Positions 8,866 through 17,217 of a stretch of DNA of 64,000 nucleotides are shown piece by piece (position 1 is the stretch's first letter; every line of letters begins with the position of its first letter). The notes beneath the pieces are model-generated. The model was not told where the DNA came from and made no database searches. It saw only the letters and a program-made list of their open reading frames with translations. Origin of the DNA: an uncultured delta proteobacterium (lineage in GTDB: Bacteria; Desulfobacterota; BSN033; UBA1163); contig CAVSVC010000010.1 in assembly GCA_963731045.1 (NCBI GenBank), forward strand, positions 74,630 through 138,629. The letters run 5' to 3'. The translations under genes were made by a program, and so were the position numbers.

Positions 8866-10338
8866 TCACCGGTCCAGGACCTCGCGGACTTTCTTCGCGA
8901 GGGTCGTCGGCGAGAAGGGTTTCTGTAGAAACGGATCTCCCGGCTTGATCAGGGCCTGATGCGTCATCGTTAAATCGGAGTATCCGGAGATGAAAAGTAC
9001 TTTCGCTTCGGGGTGAAGCGTTCTGAATCGGCTAACGAGTTCTCTTCCGCCCACCTGGGGCATGACCACATCGGTAAGAAGAAGATGGATCTCCCTGCCG
9101 GCATAGTCGCGGCCCAGGTGGATGGCCTCGTTTCCGTGGATGGCCTCGATGACCGTGTACCCCTGGTCCCGCAGAATCCGGGCGGCCAATTCACGAACCG
9201 ATGTGTCGTCTTCCACAAGGAGAACCGTCTCATCTCCCTTCGGAGGGGGCTCTTTGGTATCGCGGGGAAGAAGCGTATCGATTTCTTCCTCGATTCGCGG
9301 CAGATAAACCTTGAACGAGGTGCCCCGGTTGACCTCGCTGTAAACCCAGATGTTTCCTCCGCTCTGTTTGACGATGCCGTAAACCGTGGAAAGGCCGAGG
9401 CCGGTCCCCTTTCCTTTCGTTGTAAAGAAGGGTTCGAAGATATGTTCCCTGACCTCGGCCGGCATCCCGCAGCCGGTATCGGTCACTGAGAGCACCACAT
9501 AGCTTCCGGGTCTGACCCCGACATGATAACGGGCGTATTCCTCATCCAGTGCCACATTGGCTGTTTCGAGCAGGAGGGTCCCGCCTTTCGGCATGGCGTC
9601 TCTTGCATTGACGACCAGGTTGAGGATCACCTGCTCGATTTGACTCAGATCGGTCCTGACCCTTCCCAGATCCTGAGCCAAAAGGGTTTTCAACTCGACG
9701 TCCTCCCCGATGATCCGGCGTAACATCCTGTCCAGGTCCTTCAATACCGCATTCAGATCGATCACCTTCATGTCCATGATCTGGCGCCGGCTGAAGGCCA
9801 GAAGCTGATGGGTCAATGCAGAGGCTTTCTCCGTCGCTTTCCGGATCTCCTCCAGATTTCCCCTCATGGGATCGCCCTCTTCAACTCCCAAGAGACAGAG
9901 CTGGGTGTAGCCGCTGAGGACCGTCAACAGGTTGTTGAAGTCATGGGCCACCCCCCCTGCCAGTTTTCCGATCGTCTCCATCTTCTGAGACTGAAAGAAT
10001 TGATTCTCGAGATGCTTTCGTTCGGTGATGTCTTCAATGATGAAGATGGTGAAATCCGGCTCTCCCTCTTCACTCCGGAGAAGTGAAACATTGACCAGCC
10101 CCCAGACGAAGCTGCCGTCTTTTCTGACATAGCGCTTCTCAATCTGGTAGTGATTTCGATTTCCGGACACCAGTTCCTCGTAGGACGGAACTTCCGCGGC
10201 GACATCCTCAGGATGGGTGAATTCTCTGAACAGTCTGTTCTGGAGCTCTTCTTTCCCATATCCAAGCATCCTCTCCAGGGCGGCATTGCTCTCAACAAGC
10301 CTCCCCCCCATATCCACAAGGGCGATCCCCGCCGCCAC
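8866..10338 (-). CDS. Soluble hybrid sensor histidine kinase (PAS-HisKA-HATPase-REC)
   Basis: ORF 8866..10338. H-box [12 protein letters not shown]-boxes DTGCGM and GTGLGLS, and a C-terminal receiver (VLLVEDD...LLLTDVVMP). The true start is probably ATG 10403 (SD GGAGG), reached through a homopolymer indel; see findings. Confidence 0.85.
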   Translation of the reverse strand: MAAGIALVDMGGRLVESNAALERMLGYGKEELQNRLFREFTHPEDVAAEVPSYEELVSGNRNHYQIEKRYVRKDGSFVWGLVNVSLLRSEEGEPDFTIFIIEDITERKHLENQFFQSQKMETIGKLAGGVAHDFNNLLTVLSGYTQLCLLGVEEGDPMRGNLEEIRKATEKASALTHQLLAFSRRQIMDMKVIDLNAVLKDLDRMLRRIIGEDVELKTLLAQDLGRVRTDLSQIEQVILNLVVNARDAMPKGGTLLLETANVALDEEYARYHVGVRPGSYVVLSVTDTGCGMPAEVREHIFEPFFTTKGKGTGLGLSTVYGIVKQSGGNIWVYSEVNRGTSFKVYLPRIEEEIDTLLPRDTKEPPPKGDETVLLVEDDTSVRELAARILRDQGYTVIEAIHGNEAIHLGRDYAGREIHLLLTDVVMPQVGGRELVSRFRTLHPEAKVLFISGYSDLTMTHQALIKPGDPFLQKPFSPTTLAKKVREVLDR

Positions 10339-10503
10339 GCGTTCAAAGATCGCTTTGAACGTCGCCTCATTCCTCTGGGGGGCTTTTTCGGAGCGGTCTG
10401 CATTGGAAGGCCCCTCCGGATTCCAGGGGTGAGCAAAGCCCCTCCTTGAGGATCTTTGCGGGGGTGTCCCTCCGGGGTCTCACGGGCAGGTCTTTCTCAG
10501 GCA

Positions 10504-10869
10504 TCATGCGAACACCTGTGAGGTGATCCTGTCAATTTCAAAAATGTCCAGAGGTTTTCTCAAGTAGTTGAGGATGCCGAGGGATTTTGCCTCGTCTTCC
10601 ACACTCTCCTGATTACTTGCCGTAATGATGACCACGTCCACCTCTTTCTTATTTTCATGAAGCCGTCTCAGAATATCGATCCCATCGATGCCCGGCATCT
10701 TGATATCCAGAAACATGAGACTGGGCGGGTCGTCCTCCAGAATTTGAAGGGCTTTATAACCGTTTTCCGCTTTGATCAGATCGTATCGATCACCCAGAAG
10801 GACTTCAAAAGAATCGAGGATCCCTTGATCATCATCCACAACCAGAATTCGTTTTGAAAGATTTTCCAT
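10504..10869 (-). CDS. Single-domain CheY-like response regulator
   Basis: ORF 10504..11076. The receiver signature starts at ATG 10869 (MENLSKRILVVDDDQG...FLDIKMPGIDG...VIITA). Confidence 0.85.
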   Translation of the reverse strand: MENLSKRILVVDDDQGILDSFEVLLGDRYDLIKAENGYKALQILEDDPPSLMFLDIKMPGIDGIDILRRLHENKKEVDVVIITASNQESVEDEAKSLGILNYLRKPLDIFEIDRITSQVFA

Positions 10870-11086
10870 CGCGTCCTCCACAGCGTCTCTGTCTGAATGC
10901 CACTCTTCTCTCGATGGCGGAGAGAGGACTGAGGCAGGAGTCCAAGTCTTCGTCGGTCGGCCGTTCGAGACCGATACTTGGATGATTCCGGCGAACCGAT
11001 GTCTTTTTATCAGCAAAAAGAATGCCGGATCTCCGTGGAATTCCGGACTGGATGAAACTCTTTTAGAATTCAACAAGTTAAACGAG

Positions 11087-12985
11087 CTAAGGGATGTTAA
11101 GGAAATTCAGGAGAGCGGAGAGCGGATTGCCTATCCTAGTAGGCAGTTCTAAGTTTTTACAACAGGGAGTTCTCAGAACAACGAGGGCTCCTTTGCCTTT
11201 TTCACTCGTGACCTCAATGGAGCCTCTGTGGTCCTCCATGATCTTGTGAGCCAGGGCCATCCCGAGACCCACGCCCTTATCCTTGGTGGTGTAGAAAGGG
11301 TTAAAGATGTTCTTAGCGGTCACTTCGTCCATCCCGATTCCGGTATCCCGGAAGGCGATCTTGACCCTCGGCGACCCGGACTTCTCAACCCTGGAGGATA
11401 CCGAAAGCCGTCCCCCGCCCGGCATGGCCTGAAGGGCGTTGATGATCAGGTTCGAAAAAGCGCGGTAGAGCTTGTCGGGGTCACCATGGATCCCTCGAAG
11501 GCTTCGGTCCAGATGATCCTCAAAAACGATCTGTTTCCTGGCCATCTCTTCGTCATGGAGGTCCGTGACCTGAAGAATCAGTTGATTGACGTCGACATGA
11601 ACAAAGGGTCTCTTCCGGGTTCGGGTCAATTCCAGAAGATCTTCCACCAGTTGATTGATCCGTTCAATTTCGCGGGGGACCGTGACATTGAATCGCTCCA
11701 TAAAAGAGAGATTTTCAACCTTTTTGGGCAGGAGCTGGACGAAGGTCTTGATGGCCGAGAGGGGGTTCTTGATTTCGTGAGCAAGACCCGCAGAAAGGGT
11801 CCCCAGGGCTGCCAGGCGATCCGCCTGCCGGAGTTTCTCCTCCAATCCCTTCATCTCCGTGATGTCCTGGAAGATCGCCAGCGCTCCGATGGCCTTCTTC
11901 TCCCCATCCGTCAGGACCGAGGTGCTCGCCAGGATCCACAGCGTTTCTTCGCCTCTCTTCAGTTCACGCTCGGAAAGGAATAGCCCTTCGCCTTCGGAGA
12001 GGGTCTCGGTCAACATGGCCGAGAGGGGGTGGCTCACCCCCAGGACCTCCTCCAGGTTCCTCCCCGCCATTTCCTCCTCCCTTCTGGCCAGAATGCGCAC
12101 AGCCATCTGATTGAGGGTGACGATTCTCTTTTCCGGATCGATCGTCACGAGTCCATTGGTCATGGAGGCAAGCACGTTATCCGTATAGGCTTTGAGGGAG
12201 GTGATTTCCCGGAGACGGGTTTCCAATTCCATCCTGTGTAGAAGAATCTGCCGGATCATGTGATGAAAGTTCTTTCCCAGCTCTTCAATTTCATCCCCCG
12301 TCCGGATGTCGATGGCCTGTTCAAGATTTCCCCTCGCTGCCGCAATGGTCGATTCCACCAACCTCGAAATGGGTTGGGTGATCCGTCTTGCAAAAAAGAT
12401 GGAACCCAGAATACCGAGGATCACGGCGAAGAAAGCCAGGAGGAGGAGGTTGAAACGCGTCCGGGTAATCTGGCGATACATTCTCTCAAGGGAGAGGCCG
12501 ATTCGGACGGTTCCCCATTTCTCTTCGGACCCTTTGATAAAAACAGGAACGGCAATATCGAGGATCCTTTTTCCCGACTCCCCGTAAGACACGGCCGTGA
12601 CGGTGGGTTTCCGGGCCTCCAGCGCTTTTTGACTGACCTCATCCGTCAGGATCACCCCCTGTTTTTCATCGTGCCGACTGTACACAGCGACTTTCGTCTC
12701 CTTGTCATGGATGATCACGTAATCGATGTCCTCATCAAGCGCAACCTTTTCGCCGTTCTGCTGCAGAACGACATAGTTATAGGTGAGGAGGGCATTGATA
12801 CTGACGGAGGCCAGGTTTTGAGCAATGGCCAGCCCCCGCTTTCTCGACTCTTCCTGAATGATTTCAGACTGGCGTTTCTCAACCAAAAAAATGATGATGG
12901 CCATGAGGACAAGAATCAGGACCGTAGAATAAAGAATGAGACGGTTTTGCAGACGGAGCGATTTTGTTTTCAGAGGCAGAATCAT
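11087..12985 (-). CDS. Membrane sensor histidine kinase (extracytoplasmic domain-HAMP-PAS-HisKA-HATPase), NtrB/AtoS-like
   Basis: ORF 11087..12985. Two TM segments flank an approximately 150-aa loop. HAMP (RRITQPISRL), PAS, H-box AGLAHEIKNPLSAI, and G-boxes DTGIGM and GVGLGM. Confidence 0.9.
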   Translation of the reverse strand: MILPLKTKSLRLQNRLILYSTVLILVLMAIIIFLVEKRQSEIIQEESRKRGLAIAQNLASVSINALLTYNYVVLQQNGEKVALDEDIDYVIIHDKETKVAVYSRHDEKQGVILTDEVSQKALEARKPTVTAVSYGESGKRILDIAVPVFIKGSEEKWGTVRIGLSLERMYRQITRTRFNLLLLAFFAVILGILGSIFFARRITQPISRLVESTIAAARGNLEQAIDIRTGDEIEELGKNFHHMIRQILLHRMELETRLREITSLKAYTDNVLASMTNGLVTIDPEKRIVTLNQMAVRILARREEEMAGRNLEEVLGVSHPLSAMLTETLSEGEGLFLSERELKRGEETLWILASTSVLTDGEKKAIGALAIFQDITEMKGLEEKLRQADRLAALGTLSAGLAHEIKNPLSAIKTFVQLLPKKVENLSFMERFNVTVPREIERINQLVEDLLELTRTRKRPFVHVDVNQLILQVTDLHDEEMARKQIVFEDHLDRSLRGIHGDPDKLYRAFSNLIINALQAMPGGGRLSVSSRVEKSGSPRVKIAFRDTGIGMDEVTAKNIFNPFYTTKDKGVGLGMALAHKIMEDHRGSIEVTSEKGKGALVVLRTPCCKNLELPTRIGNPLSALLNFLNIP

Positions 12986-13012
12986 CTGAATCGGATTCCC
13001 TGTTGCGGAAGA

Positions 13013-14533
13013 TTACTTCTTCTTCAACCATATTTTCTTCATCGGGATGTAAGGCCCCCCAAGGGCGCTCACCTCCACCCCCCTGACGTAAGGTTGATAG
13101 ACCATCTGAAAGAGGGGGTTGACCATGGGGACAATCGGAGCGTCATCCAGAATCATCTCCTCGATCTTTCGGTACATCTCCATTCGCTTGAGATAATCCC
13201 TCTCGGCCCTTGCCTGTTCGAGGAGACGATCGACTTCCGGGTTTTGATAGGCCGTGTAATTATATTTGGATTTGGAATGGAAAAGCGTCCCGAGAAAATT
13301 ATCCGGGTCCGGGAAATCAGCGTACCAGGCATAGATGAAGACAGGGGCCTTGTGATTCCTGAGAAGGGATTCGTACGCAGGCCAGTTGGTTTCAAAACGG
13401 ATGTTCGTTCGCATGCCGATCCTGTTCAGCCGTGACTTGACTTCATTGAGCTCTTTCCGGGCTGCCTCGGACTGGGTCGCACTCCAGATTTCCAGGATCT
13501 GGTTTTTCAGGTCCCCTCCTTCGGCAAGGAGTTTCCTGGCCCGGATTTCATCAAAAGGATACATTTCTTTCTGGGGATCGTGGCCGGGCATCCCCGGGGG
13601 TAAAATACTCTTAGCCAGCATGAACTGATTCTTGTGAAGCTCGGAAACGATGAATTTCTTGTCGATGGCAAGATTGATGGCCTTTCTCAATCCCCGATGA
13701 TCCAGGGGGTTCGACAAGAGATGGAAACCATAGAATCTCAGGGAGAGAAGGGGTTTCTGCAAAAAAGGGTACTGTTTTTCCTGGACGATCTTCTCCAATC
13801 GGTCAGGAGGAATGAAGGATTCCTCCAGAGCACCTTCCTCGAAGGCCCGCAGGATCTCATTCCTGGGGGCTCCGTGGTAGACCTTGAAGACAATCCGATC
13901 CAGAAAAGGCCTTCCCTCAAAGTAATCCGGATTGGCCTCGAGAACGATCTCTTCCCCTTCTTTCATCGACACCAGCTTGAACGGCCCGGTCCCCACGGGA
14001 AAATTCCTGAAACCGATCCCCTTTTTTTTCCCCACCTCTTCCCTGGGAACAACCTTGGCGCCCTTCATGGCAAGGATGCTGATAAATGGGGCATAGGGTT
14101 CGGTCAGAATAATCCGGAGGGTGCGTTCATCCACCGCCACGAGCCCCTTTACCCCTTTTGCCCTTTTTTCCATGAACTCGTTTGCGCCGAGGATCCTGTT
14201 GAAAAAATCGGCGAAATTCGATTGCACATCCGAATCGAGTATCCGGGTGAAGGAGTATACGAAATCCGCTGCAGTCACCTTCCTGCCGTTGTGAAACCGG
14301 ACCCCTTCCCTCAGGTGAAACGTGTAGGTGAGGCCATCCGGAGAGATCTCCCACGATTTTGCAATGGCCGGAACCGTGTTGAGATCCTTGTCGAATTGAA
14401 CCAGGCCATCGAAGATCTGCTGAATGACCGTTGTCGAATAGATGTCCCTGGATAAGGCGGGATCAAGTGTTCTCGGACTGAACTCGAGAGGAATCCGATA
14501 GATCCCTCCGTGATTCGGGGGCTCTTTCTCCAT
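13013..14533 (-). CDS. Family-5 (OppA/DppA/NikA-type) solute-binding protein, orphan (no cognate permease or ATPase genes)
   Basis: ORF 13013..14533 has typical SBP_bac_5 sequence (IAKSWEISPDGLTYTFHLREGVRFHNG). A signal-peptide-like segment (FLFFILLQLFVLSWICPASAQS) lies in frame upstream of ATG 14533 but has no canonical start; see findings. Confidence 0.85.
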   Translation of the reverse strand: MEKEPPNHGGIYRIPLEFSPRTLDPALSRDIYSTTVIQQIFDGLVQFDKDLNTVPAIAKSWEISPDGLTYTFHLREGVRFHNGRKVTAADFVYSFTRILDSDVQSNFADFFNRILGANEFMEKRAKGVKGLVAVDERTLRIILTEPYAPFISILAMKGAKVVPREEVGKKKGIGFRNFPVGTGPFKLVSMKEGEEIVLEANPDYFEGRPFLDRIVFKVYHGAPRNEILRAFEEGALEESFIPPDRLEKIVQEKQYPFLQKPLLSLRFYGFHLLSNPLDHRGLRKAINLAIDKKFIVSELHKNQFMLAKSILPPGMPGHDPQKEMYPFDEIRARKLLAEGGDLKNQILEIWSATQSEAARKELNEVKSRLNRIGMRTNIRFETNWPAYESLLRNHKAPVFIYAWYADFPDPDNFLGTLFHSKSKYNYTAYQNPEVDRLLEQARAERDYLKRMEMYRKIEEMILDDAPIVPMVNPLFQMVYQPYVRGVEVSALGGPYIPMKKIWLKKK

Positions 14534-14718
14534 CGCATCGCCCGAAGGACTTTGAGCCGACGCAGGGCAGATCCACGAGAGGACAAACAGCTGGAGAAGA
14601 ATGAAGAATAAAAATACGTTTGGCCGTTTGCACTTCGGGTGACCTCTAAAATATCCTTGATTCTCTTGGTAACGCTCTGCCGCATATCTTAGAGGGAAAA
14701 AGATGAATTTTCAAGGAC

Positions 14719-14756
14719 AAAAAAAAGAAGCATGATCCCTTCCGAGACATGCTTCT
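14719..14756 (-). terminator. Rho-independent terminator of the micro-gene
   Basis: The minus strand reads AGAAGCATG-tctcggaagggat-CATGCTTCT followed by T8. It starts 31 nt after the micro-ORF stop. Confidence 0.7.
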
Positions 14757-14787
14757 TCTTTTCGTCTGCCGGAAAATCCTTGCCGGA

Positions 14788-14877
14788 TTACCATCCACCT
14801 CCGTCGGCCAGAACCGGGAGCACATAGGCGGCCACTGTCGCTGCTACGATAAGAAGCTCGATCGCGATCTTCTTCAT
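14788..14877 (-). CDS. 29-aa micro-protein MKKIAIELLIVAATVAAYVLPVLADGGGW (Sec-signal-like leader plus pentapeptide, or a single-pass membrane peptide)
   Basis: Too short for the ORF track. ATG 14877 is preceded by GGAGGAGGTGATATC and the stop is TAA 14790-14788. It has its own sigma54 promoter upstream and its own terminator downstream. Confidence 0.6.
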   Translation of the reverse strand: MKKIAIELLIVAATVAAYVLPVLADGGGW

Positions 14878-14941
14878 GATATCACCTCCTCCGATTGGAT
14901 TGAGATAAAGGAACCTGATAAGAACGATGCTGGGGTAGAAG

Positions 14942-14958
14942 AGCAAGACGGGTGCCGG
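14942..14958 (-). promoter_or_regulatory. Sigma54 (-24/-12) promoter
   Basis: The minus strand reads CGGCAC-CCGTC-TTGCT, against the consensus TGGCAC-N5-TTGCW. The GG-N10-GC spacing is exact. The TTGC lies 65 nt upstream of the micro-ORF ATG and directly downstream of a sigma54 activator gene. Confidence 0.7.
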
Positions 14959-15065
14959 AAGAAATGGAGGTCCATTTCTCCGGCCCGGCGGAGGGTAAAT
15001 TGCTGTGATAAAAGGAGTTTTCGGGCAAGCCGTTATTTGGTGTTAGGAAAAGCCCCTTCCGATCA

Positions 15066-15170
15066 GCTGCCTATTCGATTGGGCAGCCCTTGGAGGGAAC
15101 AGGCGGAAAACCATGAAGAACTATTTGATTCAATGGAGGAAGTCTTGATTGCCCATGATGACGGGCAATC
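15066..15170 (-). promoter_or_regulatory. Two dyad-symmetric candidate activator (UAS) sites
   Basis: TGCCTATTCGATTGGGCA (15068-15085) and TGCCCATGATGACGGGCA (15150-15167) both fit TGCC[CT]-N8-GGGCA. Their centres are 82 bp apart, and about 126 and 208 bp upstream of the -24/-12 element. Confidence 0.4.
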
Positions 15171-15442
15171 CATAGAAAAATAAGCGGCTTCCCGGACGAA
15201 ACGAACCCGGACAGACCGTGTTGCGAGCCTTCAAATGCCGGTTTTTGAGAGATCTAAGGGGAAACGGAGGATTTTACTTCCGGCTGCAAAGCGGGTCGCC
15301 GGGGCTGAGTCAACTCATCGGCTCCCCGGCATAAATGTCGGGGCTTGCTCAATAGACCCTGAGCGGCGTTCCTATCCCCGCCTAAAAGGCGGGGCTTCGC
15401 GCCGTCGAACGGGTGAAGCCTCCTTCATCCAACATCAGGACT

Positions 15443-16828
15443 TTATCCGCTTGGTTTCTTGAGGAGTATGCCGAATTGTTTGGCTTTCTGCAGGAGGGTG
15501 TTCCGGTTGATTTTGAGGATTTTGGCCGCCTCCGTCTGGTTCCACCGGGTCGTTTCGAGAACGTTCACGATCATTCTTTTCTCGAACTCTTCCCTGATTC
15601 GGAGGAGCCCCGCCTTCGGCAGATCGAGCCCCCTGACATCCTGGTTCGAAGACATCAGGATTTCTAACGGGATGTCCTCCAATTGAATCGGCTCGGTGCG
15701 ACTCGAAAGAACGACGATCCTCTCAATGAGGTTCTCCAGTTCGCGAATATTCCCCGGCCAATGATACCGCATCAGGCCTTCCATGGCTTTGTCGGAGAAT
15801 CCCGGGATCCTCTTGTGAAAGGCAAGGTTGAACTTGTTCAGGAAATGCTTTGCCAGGAGCGGCATGTCCTCGCTCCTCTCCCGGAGGGACGGGAGGGTGA
15901 TGGGTACAACGTTGAGTCTGAAATAGAGGTCCTGCCGGAACTTCCCTTCCTGGACGGCATGGTCCAGGTTGGTATTGGTGGCGGCAATCACCCGGATATC
16001 GATCTTGAAGGGCTTATTCGATCCGATCCGTTCAATCTCTCTTTCCTGAAGGACCCTCAAAAGCTTTGCCTGAAGATCATGCCTTAATGCGGAGATCTCA
16101 TCGAGAAAAAGGGTGCCGCCATGGGCGTGCTCAAACTTTCCGATCGTCCTCGTGTGAGCTCCTGTAAAGGCCCCCTTTTCGTGGCCGAACATCTCGCTTT
16201 CCATCAATTCAGACGGAATGGCCGCGCAGTTGATTGCCACAAAAGGGCCGCTTTTTCGATTTCCCTGCTCGTGAACGGACCGGGCAATCAGTTCTTTCCC
16301 GGTTCCGCTCTCCCCGGTAATAAGAATACTGGTGGAGGTGAAGGAGACCTTTCTGATGAGGTCGAAGATGTCCAGCATCACTTTGCTCCGGCCAACAATC
16401 TTGTCCGGTCCCCGAAACTGTTTGACTTCTTTCCGGAGGTAGTCCAGTTCTTTCTGAAGCCGCTGATTGCTGATTACCCGCTCGACGGTGGACAGGATCT
16501 CCTCCGGTTCATAGGGCTTGGTGATGTAATCGTAGGCGCCCAGTTTGATCGCGTCCGCCGCCTTTCGGGCGAGGTTGAGGGCAGAGACCATGATGACATC
16601 GATCCCTTCATCCACTTCTTTGATCCGCCGAAGTACCTCCAACCCGTCCATGTCCGGCATATTGACGTCCAGGAGAACAAGATCCACGGGCACTTTCCTG
16701 ATCGTTCTTAACGCCTCCTGCCCGCTTTCCACACTATGGAGTCGGTAATCGTCTTCAAGGATGACTTCAAGCGATTCCCTGGCGCCGGGCTCATCATCGA
16801 CGATCAAGAGACTGGGTTTGATTTCCAT
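15443..16828 (-). CDS. Sigma54-dependent response regulator (REC-AAA+-Fis HTH), NtrC family
   Basis: ORF 15443..17131. Receiver (LLIVDDEPG...LLDVNMPDMDG), Walker A GESGTGKE, GAFTGA motif, and C-terminal HTH (RWNQTEAAKILKINRNTL). I moved the start to ATG 16828 (MEIKPSLLIV). Confidence 0.9.
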   Translation of the reverse strand: MEIKPSLLIVDDEPGARESLEVILEDDYRLHSVESGQEALRTIRKVPVDLVLLDVNMPDMDGLEVLRRIKEVDEGIDVIMVSALNLARKAADAIKLGAYDYITKPYEPEEILSTVERVISNQRLQKELDYLRKEVKQFRGPDKIVGRSKVMLDIFDLIRKVSFTSTSILITGESGTGKELIARSVHEQGNRKSGPFVAINCAAIPSELMESEMFGHEKGAFTGAHTRTIGKFEHAHGGTLFLDEISALRHDLQAKLLRVLQEREIERIGSNKPFKIDIRVIAATNTNLDHAVQEGKFRQDLYFRLNVVPITLPSLRERSEDMPLLAKHFLNKFNLAFHKRIPGFSDKAMEGLMRYHWPGNIRELENLIERIVVLSSRTEPIQLEDIPLEILMSSNQDVRGLDLPKAGLLRIREEFEKRMIVNVLETTRWNQTEAAKILKINRNTLLQKAKQFGILLKKPSG

Positions 16829-16835
16829 CGTTGAA

Positions 16836-16864
16836 AATATAATGGAAAAGGTTTTCGCCGTCAA
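16836..16864 (-). promoter_or_regulatory. Sigma70-type promoter of the activator gene; the transcript may be leaderless
   Basis: The minus strand reads TTGACG(16864-16859)-N17-TATATT(16841-16836), then only 7 nt (TTCAACG) before ATG 16828. There is no SD. Confidence 0.4.
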
Positions 16865-17056
16865 GAAAGGACGAATCGAAGGCATTCCCCCACTGACGGG
16901 GGGCATTGGGAAAGGGAGAAGGGTCTCAGGGCGGGAGGAACTATCTCCAAAATCTTGGTAAGCGGTTAATTGACAGGTAGGGGCTGCGAGGCGGAAGAGG
17001 GTTGCAGAGGCTTTTCTTGCCATTTTTTCCGAGGAATTTCGACAAAAAAGGTGCCG

Positions 17057-17091
17057 CCCTGCCTTCGCCGAAGCGGCTACGCGCAGGCAGG
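17057..17091. repeat. REP-like GC-rich palindromic element, copy 1
   Basis: CCCTGCCTTCGCCGAAGCGGCTACGCGCAGGCAGG is flanked by A6 and T6. It is nearly identical to the reverse complement of 23783-23817. Confidence 0.6.
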
Positions 17092-17217
17092 TCCAAGTTT
17101 TTTCCGACAGTTCCCCCCACCCTGATCTCACTCTGTTGTCCCCCGTCTGAAGGTCGACGTATCGAAAGATTGACTTTTGGCGGAGCGAATGCTAATGGAG
17201 ATTGAGAGGAGAAAAAG

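Noticed and set aside
14749-15183. 144-aa + strand ORF in the activator/micro-gene spacer.
   Set aside because: It overlaps the minus-strand terminator, micro-ORF, SD, sigma54 promoter and both dyads. It has no SD, and it is Cys/Arg-rich with no motif.
15370-15400. CRISPR-repeat-like hairpin CCCCGCCTAAAAGGCGGGG just after the activator gene.
   Set aside because: It is a single copy with no spacer/repeat periodicity and no cas genes. It is probably just a 3' stem-loop.
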